Assembly: GCA_020137815.1 (NCBI GenBank)
Contig: CM035352.1
Location: 7,006,001-7,070,000, forward strand
Direction: 5' to 3'
Length of the DNA stretch: 64,000 nucleotides
DNA from: Hormiphora californensis
Lineage: Eukaryota; Animalia; Ctenophora
Below the pieces are notes generated by a model. The model saw only the letters and a list, made by a program, of their open reading frames with translations. It did no database searches and was not told the DNA's origin. The translations under genes were made by a program, and so were the position numbers. Positions 21,700-54,671 of the stretch are shown here, in pieces (position 1 is the first letter of the stretch; every line of letters begins with the position of its first letter).

Positions 21700-24600
21700 T
21701 CACATTTTAATCTGAATGTAGTTAATTATCCTCTGTCTTCTTCGATGTAACAAGTTATAGAACTGAAATAGATATTTTGTTAGAATCTTAACATGCAAAC
21801 AAATCACCCCCGGTCTCATACAAACAGAGTATTCAGACGTTATTGATACTGTTATGTTCTAAGGACATGTGGTCGGGACTGATCCCCTTTTAATATAAAT
21901 ACCCCCCCCCTTACATTAGTACACTTACAGCAAATATGAAGGGAGTGAGGAAGGTTAGACCGAGAATTATCACGCTGGAGTGAGGTGTGATAAAGGAGCA
22001 GAGATAGACGGTAACAGATATACTTGGAACCAACATAGCTTTAAACAGTAGCAGGACATCCGCGTAGTTTGACATGTTAACTGTCGTTACCCTGTGAGAG
22101 ATAAGGATTAGATTAGAGGAAATTTGTCACATTAAATGACTGTAACATCACACACGCATGCCCTCTCCTGGTTCGGAGAGGGTAGTCTTTTAGTTGTGAG
22201 GACAATGGTCTCACTTTCCCGGGAGAGGGTTCCAGCCCTGTGTTTTGTATCATTGTATTTACCTCATGAGGATAGCCACTACCCACACTAGAACTTGGAA
22301 GAACCCGCTGAAGAACAACACCAAGCAGTGAAATCTTACTGAGCTCTGAAAATAAGAGGAGGGGTAGACTGTAGAGTTACTGGAGTTCACGGATTAAGTG
22401 GAGTGGACTGAACAGTATAAACTCCACAGACAGTACCTAAATAATGAATCATAGACCGTTTATTAATGAAAAACTGACAAGTTTAAATTGACTCGAATGA
22501 CAGCAGGAATTCACCCCCCCTTTCTGTTGTTTCTGCGCGGGATGTATCACAATGGAGACCTCGCGCGTTACGTAAAGTCAGCTTTTTATCGCCCGGTACC
22601 CGGATACGAAACGGCGCATCGTACAAGTTGTAGTTTGTACGGTTAGGTATGTCGTTTCTACCGGTACAAATAAAACTAAACTGCATCATAACTCCGGTGT
22701 TATCAACTAAGTTATCACCTGTTCATTTTCATCGTAGTTGCTCGTTCTGTAGTTCTCCGGGTTAGCGTAGAATAGCAGTAGACCCGAGGAAAAGGGTACA
22801 CCTCCAACAAATGCAAGAGCTATGGTGTTAAGTGCACCAACAATCGGGTTACTGCGTTCTATACTGGGAGAAAGTTGTGTTGGGCTGATTTAATGGGTGA
22901 TTTAATGGGTGATTTATTGGGTGATTTATTGGGTGATTTATTGGGTGATTTATTGGGCGATTAGATGTATTGTCGTGTTCTAATTCTCCTAATATAATTT
23001 GTCGCGGGGTATCATGGTGAGAGATCAGGGTCGAACAAGGCACGTGTGAGTGATAGGACCACGACTTACTTGTGACAAAGCTGATGGTGTACAAACCACA
23101 GCACAGAAACGAGGCCGAAACAAGATACAAAGGATTGGGATGAATTCTTGAAAAAGTGCAGGAAATATTCATCATCCTTGTGCTCCTGCATTCTCTCCCT
23201 GAGACAGGGGGGGGGATGTTAGAGTTTAGAAGTTTAGGAAATTGTAATGACCTTTGAAGCTACACGTCGTTGTCATTTTTTGTTTTTTCTCTAAACACTA
23301 TGAATCACTACTTTCACTTAGGAACCCAGGATCCTCCATTCTACAGACGCAGCACTCACAAATACAAACTATGTTACAAACAACACTCACGCAGTTGAAA
23401 CAGCAAGAAGTGTCATTGATATCGCATACACTCCGTCACTAAATGCCTCGATTCGTTCCAGTGGTAGGGGGCTGTGGGCCTGTTCTATCGCAATATCAAA
23501 CAAACTGTGACCTGGGAGAATAACATGGTTGTGATTGGATACCGCACCGGCAAGCGCAAAGGTGGAAGTTGTTTAGATAATTTAAATAACTTACCTAATT
23601 AAATAATTAAACAACTTACCTAAATACCATCTCTCAAACTTCCCTATCACAAACATGGTCAGTAACACCAAGATAAACATCACCGACAGAGCAAACTGAA
23701 TGAAAGGGAAATGGGGAATAATGTCTATATTAGGAAATTAGGGGAATTATTTCCATATATTGAAATCTTGTAGAGATTAAAAAACTAAAGAAGAAGTGAC
23801 GCTCCGATTGGTTACTACATATACTATACCAGTTATAATGTCCTACCTCAGCAAGTTTGTACGTGTAGATACAGACAAGTCCTATAAGAGTTGGAAACCA
23901 CGCATACATCAACAAGATGAACCTTCTCTGAACCTGCAGGGCGGGGATTAATAATAATAATAATACTAGTTGGGTTGCCATGGTTACTATTGTTCCTCTT
24001 GCAACCTCTCGGAGATGTTATAACACACGTAGGTGTTAGTTATAGTTAATTATCAATTAGTGACTGTTAATTGTTAATTAGTGACTGTTAATTACCTTCT
24101 GATGTGACACCACGTTGGTATGGTGAGCGGCCCGATCTCTGAACACGTAGAACACTGTGATCGTTAGTAGGAGGCATGCCACTACCAGATTAACTGCTGG
24201 CATGTGTGCCATGTAGGATTGGAGGCTGATAGCGTCAATCCAGAGGTTCAGAGTTAGTGGTAGGAATGATAGGACACACAATAGAACCTGAGTAAAAGGG
24301 ATATTAGTTAGCTGGGATTAAACATAGAGTTTGGTGACGCAGTCACCCCTACACAAATCGCGGCAAACGAAGCCCGCATGGGTGATGGCATCACCAAACA
24401 GAGTGTGTCCGTGTGTCAATACTAGGAATTCAACTGTCTACAAGTACTGATTTGTGTTTGTTAATTCAGACAGATAATACTCAGGTTGAATTACACACAC
24501 ACTCCCAAATTCCTCCACACAACTCTTCTCTTGCTACAGGCGAGATAGCAGCTGGGTGACAGGGGGTGACGTCATGTAAAATCTCTGACCTCACCCGCCG

Positions 24601-25524
24601 TCTCTACACACTGATTACAACTGCCGTTTAACTTGCCCAGTGATTTGAACGTGCAGAGTGAAATCAATTATGCACATTTATTGCACACTCCCATGAGCTA
24701 TTTACCAAGTTAAGCCAGGTTAAAACATCATTACTGTTTATCACCAGTTTGTACAGCCTCACATGACACCCCCAGAACGAACTGACCATGATGAAACAGG
24801 CAAAGTACGCCACAAACTTGGGAATATGTTCCACAAGTGCCGCTTGTAAGAAAAATCCTTCCTGTGGAGGAGATAGTTTCAGTAGAAATAACATGTTTAA
24901 CATGTTTATAACATGTATAACATGTTTAACATGTAAAAACAGGATTACATTTACAGTGTGATTGGTTACGTGGTGAAATATTCAAGTACAACTACCTCAG
25001 CTAAATCTTCCTCGGTTATTTTAATTGTCACAACAAGGACGGTTGATATGATACTAAAGATCGCATCTGTGAACATGTTGGACCGCTCCGAGGGCCACCA
25101 ACGCAGTGGGTCATTGAAACCATGAGAAATCGAATAATCATCGAACATTAATCTACAGTAATAGAAGCAGCAATAAAACAGAGAACAGTCAAATTAAGTA
25201 CAAATAAATTTTTTGATTGGACAGGGTAATCAAAAAGTCGTCGTTTGAATTCCTCAACATAGATTGTTGATTAAACGTATTTGTAATAACAACTCCTTGA
25301 TTTGCAAAACAAAATTTGTTTAGTCAGGGATATTTGGTAGATTAAAAGACACAAAACAGAGCTCTACTCACACTCCTGAGCTCACTGTTAGGTAACTCAA
25401 CAGTAACTACAAATATGGTGGCTACAATGCTGAACACGGCGTCACTGAACATTGACTGCCGTTCTGTCGACACCCATCTCACAGCCTGACTACCCGTGCT
25501 AACGCTACGTAGCATGGCTACCAT
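21700..25524 (-). CDS. TMEM175: Two-repeat lysosomal K+/H+ channel TMEM175 with alternative first exons (25524-25372 or 25148-24996); shared exons from 24861; stop at 21700
   Basis: Repeat I ERQSMFSDAVFSIVAT / ERSNMFTDAIFSIIST, FWGCHVRLY..LTWLNL; repeat II ERIEAFSDGVYAISMT, LWFVHH. Confidence 0.9.
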
Positions 25525-25589
25525 GGAAGACAGAAGTTAGACACCAGGCAGCTGGAAGACAGGAGTTAGCAGGGACGACACGCGTGGGT

Positions 25590-25895
25590 CAGGGGCAGTG
25601 CGCAGCTTTGAGCTGCTCTGGTCAAAATGCGGCCGAAACATTTTTAACTCGCACGTTCCGTCGAAATACCCAATGCGGACGGTCCGCATTGACTTTTTTG
25701 ACGTAGCGCGCCAATCAAAAATACTGCGACGGCAAAAAAACCTGTGTGGCGCGCGGATTTCACTAAAAATCTCATTTGAAACATCAAATTTTGAGAAAAA
25801 TTGACCCTTTTCCTTGAATTTTTTCTTTTTCTCTCCGTGATCCAAAGTAAAAATGCGGACGCGTCCGCATCGTCCGCATGGCAGAGCCGCCCCTG
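25590..25895. mobile_element. hAT-like MITE with 8-bp TSD GCGTGGGT, nested in further TE-like GC-rich sequence
   Basis: gcgtgggt|caggggcag...gccgcccctg|gcgtgggt. Confidence 0.75.
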
Positions 25896-27507
25896 GCGTG
25901 GGTGACTGGTGTCCGAGTGTCCGTGGACAGTGGACACCCAGGCCGAAAACAGGGTCCCATTTTTCACAAAAGGGTTCAGAAATGCTTAAAATCTTTTAAA
26001 AACGCTTACAAATTTCGTTCCTGAACCTTGCTTGAGGGGGCTTCGCCGGGACTCCGCCCCTGGACCCTGCTTGTGGGGGTTTCACGCCTCTGACTGAGCC
26101 TGCTGAGTGCTGAACCTACCCTCCGAACACACAGGGACTTGCTGGGCCGAAGACCCAGCGCGGTAACTGAAAGGGACCGGTAAATAGGCTTCCACGCCCG
26201 TGAACAGCCACCACCGACCACCTGAGGTGGAAATTTTCAATTTTTGAATTTTGTTTTGGGGAATTTTTTTTTTCGAGGTCGAGCGACGCGAAGATTTATC
26301 AAACGCGCGCACGATCCGATCGAATAAACGACGCGCATAAATATTTGCTGCGTACTCTTGAATAATTCGCACCGCCAATCACTATTACGTATCTTATGGT
26401 CAGATTCATGATTTTGTCACAGCAATAGATTTCAGTGAGTTGCCGACTACCGAGACAGACAGAAGTCCGAAAGGAGTATCACTATCGCGATCCTGTCTCT
26501 GTCTGGTTTCACTCTCATGAGATCTCACTCTCAGACGCACTACGCAGCCGATCTGAAAATTGAATCAGTGCTGAGGCTAAGCTGTCTAGTGTCTCGCCGC
26601 CATACATTGTCTGACACAATGCAATGTCTGACGGCGAGCTACCGACCTTGAGGATCAAAAAGGGGTGATTTCGCGGCGTCAAAGAGGGCTGTTATAGCAG
26701 ATAGCTGTCTGACTGTCTGTCCATCCAATCTGCACAAATTGAAACTCAGAATTTTGCTGATAAAATTATAGAAAGCTACACTTTATTATAACACGGGTAA
26801 ATTAATGTGTGAAAACCGCTTTCTATGATGGTAGAAATAAATAAATTAGAGATCCAGCTGCATGTTATATCGGGTTAAATATACTTCTCAAATGTGTCTC
26901 ATCGGATCAAACATACTCAATCAAAATATGAACACTGTTATCGTGTGTATTAATCCATCGCTTCTCTTCATAATATCAATATTATTATCACAATAAATAT
27001 CAAATTGCTTTGAAAATTCATCAAAAGACATGTGTGTGACCTGGGCATAATTCACAAATATAATACAGTGTATTAGTCAAATAATAGCTCATCCCAGATA
27101 ATTTCTCTAATCACCACACATTAGTGTCAATAGATTTAACTAAATATTATTGGGGCTGTTCAAATAGTGGACTCTAATTATAATAATGGGGGAGGGGTGG
27201 TAGTTAGTGGGTACAAAAAGTGGGTGTCACAAAAAATAGTTCTAAGTTCTATCACTGCAGTAATAATTACCACTAAAATCACTGGACAAAAACACTTCCA
27301 TACATCCACTCATTTAGTTAGATTTGGGGGACAACTATATCGCGGGTGGATAAATTAAAATTAACTGCAAAAACTTTCAGAACTGTGTTAAATATATCTC
27401 ACTAAATGAGTGGAAAAGGTGAGTGTGTAAGCGCCCTGTGCATGGAGTCCATCATGGTGTGTGTGTGTAACCATGGTAACTGAATTGGTACTGTGCAACC
27501 ATGGTTA

Positions 27508-33922
<6,415 letters not shown>

Positions 33923-34214
33923 CTAAAAAGAAGAGAAAATACAATTAGATTCACGTCAATCGTTATTGAGGGGAGCAGTGAAAGACATTATTAGCGAACT
34001 TTGGGACTTTGGAACAGTAAAAGACAGTATTGAGGGGGAATAGAATATATTGGAGATAGAATTTAGAAAATACGAGCTGTCCGATACATTGTGAGCTGTA
34101 AATGTTGTTTTTAGGGAACGGTGGGAGATGATTTACTAACGTTTACACTGCTGCAATGTGAATTAACTAGGAAATGGTCGTTGACTAACTGTAAAGTTTT
34201 AGGGAACCTACAAT

Positions 34215-34314
34215 NNNNNNNNNNNNNNNNNNNNNNNNNNNNNNNNNNNNNNNNNNNNNNNNNNNNNNNNNNNNNNNNNNNNNNNNNNNNNNNNNNNNNN
34301 NNNNNNNNNNNNNN
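34215..34314. other. Assembly gap (100 N)
   Basis: N run. Confidence 1.
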
Positions 34315-34887
34315 CGGTTCAAAAAAGTAGCAAAAAATCCATTCGTTGTTAGTGTATTGATTCCCCCCAGTCTCCTTGACCCGCCATATCTCTCCATCCC
34401 GGCCCCTTTTCCCGATATCTAATTTTCCCTTTTAGCCCTATTATTGGGTTACGGGGTATTGCTATCAGAAAAAGAACTTGAAAACATACATGCCCCTAAT
34501 AAGAACCGAAAGGGATCAAGCCATCGTTCTGCTTATTGAATCCAAGTTCTCAGAGCACTGTACTTCTTTTTTTCATTTGTCTGATTTTTCTGATCTGTAG
34601 CTCGTATCTTCTATTCAAGTATATTCGTGATAGATAGTGATGTTTTGCACTTTTAGACTTATTATATGTTCACAGATTTTATGTTCCGATATATTTAAAA
34701 ACGTTCGTATTTGATAATCGAAAAATAAGTTTGACCAATCGCTTTTGAGTCCCCAATTTGAAACAATGAAAAGTGGTTTATTTAGGCTGTAGACGACTCG
34801 GAGTTTTATTCGGAAGATAATCGGCGGTTTCAAATGTTTAACCGTCACATCACCCAAAATTTAAATTTGTTTAAAGTAGTGTTGAAA

Positions 34888-34933
34888 AGTTTTCAAACTT
34901 TTCAACACTAACTTTAAACAAGATTAATTTGAG
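34888..34933 (+). other. Ctenophore spliced-leader exon-like sequence, with an inverted copy at ~34854-34897; not followed by a GT donor, so not an SL RNA gene
   Basis: agttttcaaacttttcaacactaactttaaacaagattaatttgag versus the recalled ctenophore SL GAGTTTCAAACTTTTCAACACTACTTTAAACAAATTAATTTGAG. Confidence 0.8.
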
Positions 34934-35103
34934 CTGATGATGACGTTAAACATCGAAACCGTCCCGTATTATCTTTCCTGAAATAAATCTCCGAGTCGTC
35001 TACAGTCCTAAATAAACACTATTTCATTGTATTTGATAATCATTAAGATATATTTCGTTTCAGAAACCGTTTGGAGCTGCTTTGGCCAGTATAATACGTC
35101 ATC

Positions 35104-50332
<15,229 letters not shown>

Positions 50333-52735
50333 GACGGAGTGATCTGTGTTATCAATGTACTTGTGTTATCTATCTCCCCAAGAAATGTGAGAGGTTTGGT
50401 GGGTGATCTAGAGAGGGCGAGTTGTGATGTGATACGTAGGAGTTTCCTCTTATTCTCTCTCATTTTGTCTCTCTGTCTCTCTCATTTTCTCTCTGTCTCT
50501 GTCTCTCTCCCCCTCTCTAGTCTCTACCTTCAATGAAGGTCCTTCATTAAGTAGCTCCTGGCGTGAATAATAATATACGTTCGTAGAAGAACGATTTAAA
50601 ACAAGTACGCGTTCATGTTTAATAATGCTGGCAATACTAGAATATTATACTTTTACTCCAAAGCTAATTTCCTCAATATGCACGGTCTTTATGTTTCGGG
50701 GAATAAATGCTTCATTCTTTGCTTGTAGTTGTACGATCTGACCCAGCCGGTTTATCGGGCGAAAGGGTCCATAACTCGGTATATCGGGGACTCAACCATG
50801 CCTCCCCTATCTCAAAACCCCACCCAAATTACCTTGAGTCAGCTCAACTTCGCTGGTAGTAGGTGCTTGGAAATCAATATCATAAGATCGTCTTCTTCTA
50901 GAACTAGAAGTCCCGCAATCATTACTCATGTCGATACTCGATCAAGGTGTCGCCCACAGTCTAGTAGATTCGTTTATCTCTTCCTCTCCCCACACACCGA
51001 CACACCGTGTATGATCTATCACACACCTGTTAGGGAGTACATGATAAATTAGAAACTGCGTCGAAGTTTAGACCTGCATGTTACTTTCTCTCTCCCACTA
51101 CATTTATCTGAAATGCCTTCTTTTTGTTCCCCTAGGTTTATTCTAAACTCGCCACATCCATGAGAACTATAATACCACCTCAGATATCATTTCCATCCGC
51201 CATATCATTGCTCACATTTTTTCGGTTGCCGCCCTGCAGTGCCCCCGTGACTCAGCTTAGTACCCCCCCCCCCCGCTCAGTACCCCCCTGGTCCCCCCAC
51301 GCTCTACATGAACTCAGCTCAGTATACCCCGCCCTAGAGCGGAACGTGTGCGCTTGCAACTCCAAATTAAGGGGAATTATCGACGCGTTTACTAAACAGA
51401 AGGACGTGGATAATTGAAAACATGCTAGTAAGCCTGAAATTAGAAAGGAATGTGCTGAAGCGTGGGTCACACATTAATCAATACTTCCACTTGCATTGCA
51501 TATATGTTACAGGTAAATCTGTTCCCGCACCAGCTCCCCTATCAGTTATTTGACTCAATGACTCACAATTGATTGCTAACCTAGTTTTGCTAACATTAGT
51601 TTACGAAGTTTAAGAAAGTGTTTTCGTGTATGTGTTAGTTTAGCTTGCTAACCACCATGACCTGTATTATGGCTTTCAGCTAGCTCCCTCTCTCCAGAGA
51701 CTGTTTAATTTTATGGGGCGCCTATCGGAGCCTCTTGAAATTGGTACAGACCACTAAAATACTACTTGCGTAATCAATTAAAATAAACAACAGTCTTGTC
51801 TTGTTAGACACACACACACATTAGGCAATTTAACTAGTCAATTAAATTACCCAATCACTGGCAGGACAAATAAGTTTATTATTGATATCATAACTCCGTT
51901 CATGTATCAGTATAGACGATTCGTTATTTGCTTGTTAAAAGCGAAACTGATCTTGCCTTTTTTCGGCCATGATAATTTTACCAAAAAATAAAATTAACGA
52001 TTAGCCCATTTCCGTATTTATTCTGCCGCTGTTTGGCTTGCAATCAAAGCTTTGTCTCTGCTAACTGTGTGTGGATGAGGGAGGGTAGCAATAATCATAA
52101 TAGCTACGGGGGAGGAGGTAGCTATTATGATTTGATTAATGAACTATCAGTATCGATTGAAAACCGATCTGAATTCCAGAAATACTCTTTCGGCTTGAAA
52201 AAAGACAGAGAGTGGGAAGGGAGAAATTGGTGAAGAGGGGAGAAAGAAATACAGAGAGAGCGGCTAATTATAATTGTTTTCTCTCAATTTTACATCTGAC
52301 GTATCTCCCCGACAAGTCGTTTTGCAGTATTTAGTAATTGCTACTGTTCTCTTATTGACTTGTTAATTTGTTTGGGAACTTTTAATTTGTCAATATCTCG
52401 CCAAATGTTTGTTTGTACTTTGAACTTGTTTAGTAAAACAACAACTGAATATACTTGGTAGAATGTTGCCGTTTGACGATCATACTAATCTAACAATTTT
52501 GATATCAGGACCATGCCTACTAAAAAGACAGTCCGTTTTCCTGATAAGTTGCTGGCGGGCTTGGGGCCTGCTAGAAGGAACCGCGGTCCAGATCTTCTCC
52601 GGCCCCGGCCCATTCCGGGGGCACAAAGGGTCCGCCGAACAGGATCAATGTAAGTACCTAATAATTGGCCTAATTACCTAATTGTTAGACTAATTACCTA
52701 ATTATTGGCCTAATTACTTGTTGAGTTAACAACTA

Positions 52736-52835
52736 CAGTCGGACCCCGATTTACCGGAACCCCGATTTACCGGGAGGATAAATTTCCCCCGATATAGGAA
52801 ATCATCCCGGTAAATCTAAAATCAGGGTCCGACTG
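52736..52835. mobile_element. Short Tc1/mariner-type MITE, same family as 15321-16180
   Basis: ta|cagtcggaccccgattta ... gggtccgactg|ta. Confidence 0.85.
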
Positions 52836-52891
52836 TAATTACCTAGGCTATGTAAGCACCTTTTGTTAATTTGTCACTCCTGAAAAAGAAA

Positions 52892-53550
52892 CCGCCCCTA
52901 GTCAGAATATAATTTGTATTTTTTTCGATAATACGTATTAAATACGGGCGTGAATACGTATTTAATACGTATTAAATACGTATTATAAGCCTAGAATAAG
53001 TAAAGTCAAAAATTTTTGTCGTCGTAGGAGGTCGTCACTGGTCGCCTTTGATAGGTCTCAATGAGCTGAACAAAGCCCCAAAAGGTCAGACCTCGGCCCC
53101 AACCCGTTCAAGAGATATAGGGGGTTTTCTATTTCCCTCAAAAAATATTTTCCTACCCGTTCCCGCCAAAACCTAAAAACTCTTGTAAATCTTGAACGGG
53201 TTGGGGCCGAGGTCTGATCTTTTGGACCTTTGTTCAGCTCATTGAGACCTATCAAATGCGACCAGTGACGACCTTCTACGACGACAAGTCGGACCCCGAT
53301 TTAGGGCCCCCCGATTTAGTGGCTCCCCGATTTAGGGACAGGATTTTTTTCTCCCGATATAGGAAATTAACATTATTTGACCCCGATTTAGTGGACACCC
53401 CGATTTAGTGGACAAGAGCCTTTCCCCCAAGGGTGTCCCTAAATCGGGGTCCGACTGTACGTATTTAATACGTATTAAATACGTATTCACGCCCGTATTT
53501 AATACGTATTATCGAAAAAAAAATACATATTATATTCTGACTAGGGGCGG
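52892..53550. mobile_element. Palindromic TIR element interrupted by a CAGTCGGACCCC-family MITE (53287-53457)
   Basis: ccgcccctagtcagaatataat ... attatattctgactaggggcgg; inner inverted arms ~53015-53110 and 53195-53287. Confidence 0.75.
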
Positions 53551-54366
53551 GATGTAGTAAAAATTAGCAAAGAAGAACAATATTCTCGAATATTCATTTC
53601 TAAAATTTTAGGCGTTTAACCGAAAATTTCTCCGAAAGCTGTTTCGGTTGGTACCCTAAGCTTTTTCCCAAAGAATTCTAGTAAATTTCGGTCAAAACTT
53701 GCCGTACTCCGAGTTTTTTAAAAGGGAGGGGAGGAAGAGGAAGAGAGAGAGAGAGAGGAAAAGGAGAGAGAAGAAAGAGCGAGAAAGCGAAAGAAAGGGG
53801 GGAGGGGAGAAAAGAGAGGAAAAAGGGAGGAGAGACGAGAGAAAAGAGAGATAGTATAAGGAAAAAAGGGTGTTTAAACAAAAACTGTCCCCCAGTTTCC
53901 CGGGTTTGTGATAAAACTGAAAAGGGTTGGGAAAACAGCTTGTGAGTATGTAAAATATTGGGGTATAAGGGAGTGCATTTCTTTTGGAAAATTAATTTTA
54001 TTTTTATTTCCAATTTAAGTTGTATACTATCTATCTAGTAAACATAATATTATTAGTGAAGAGTAATTAAAGGGCCCGCGAGGAACAGTAGTGGGGTAAG
54101 ATAAAGGGACCCCCACATAATATTATGTGAAACATGTCTGTTTGTTCATGGGGTGAATAACTACCCGGTAAGAGCTTTTTTAGAGAGAGAAGAGGGGGAG
54201 AGGGGAAAAGGAGAAGATATATAAGGGGAGAGAACGGAAAAAATAGCGATCTAAAAATAAAGGGGTGTTAAGAAGAAAAAGGGGGAGATAGGGAAAATTG
54301 AAAAGGGGGGCCAAAAGGGGAAATTTGTTATTGTGGGGAAAGGGGGGAAAGGGAAAACCCCCTTTT

Positions 54367-54421
<55 letters not shown>

Positions 54422-54671
54422 CTCTCTCTCTCTCTCTCTCTCTCTCCCTCTCTAAATTAGCAATATACATTGTGCAATGTTTCCTGATTTGCTCGTACGT
54501 ACTTGTGACAGTACCGTTAATTTTCTCCAATAAGGAGCTGAATTTAGAGACCTCTCATATCAGCTTGTATTGATAGATTTCATATTGTTGCTTATCATTT
54601 CCCCCAGCAACTTAAATTGTTCCCCCTAGCAACTAAAAAGTGCTCCCCCTAGCAACAATCTAACTCGAGAC

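Noticed and set aside
22849-23175. 108-aa ORF with NHPI repeats
   Set aside because: Off-frame reading of a TMEM175 exon plus a 12-bp intronic repeat
34854-34933. SL RNA gene
   Set aside because: The SL exon is not followed by a GT donor or a recognisable Sm-site intron portion
34930-34970. Hammerhead-like CTGATGA...GAAA right after the + strand SL
   Set aside because: Stem II does not close in register (T opposite C), stem I is not evident, and the mirrored arm lacks the motif
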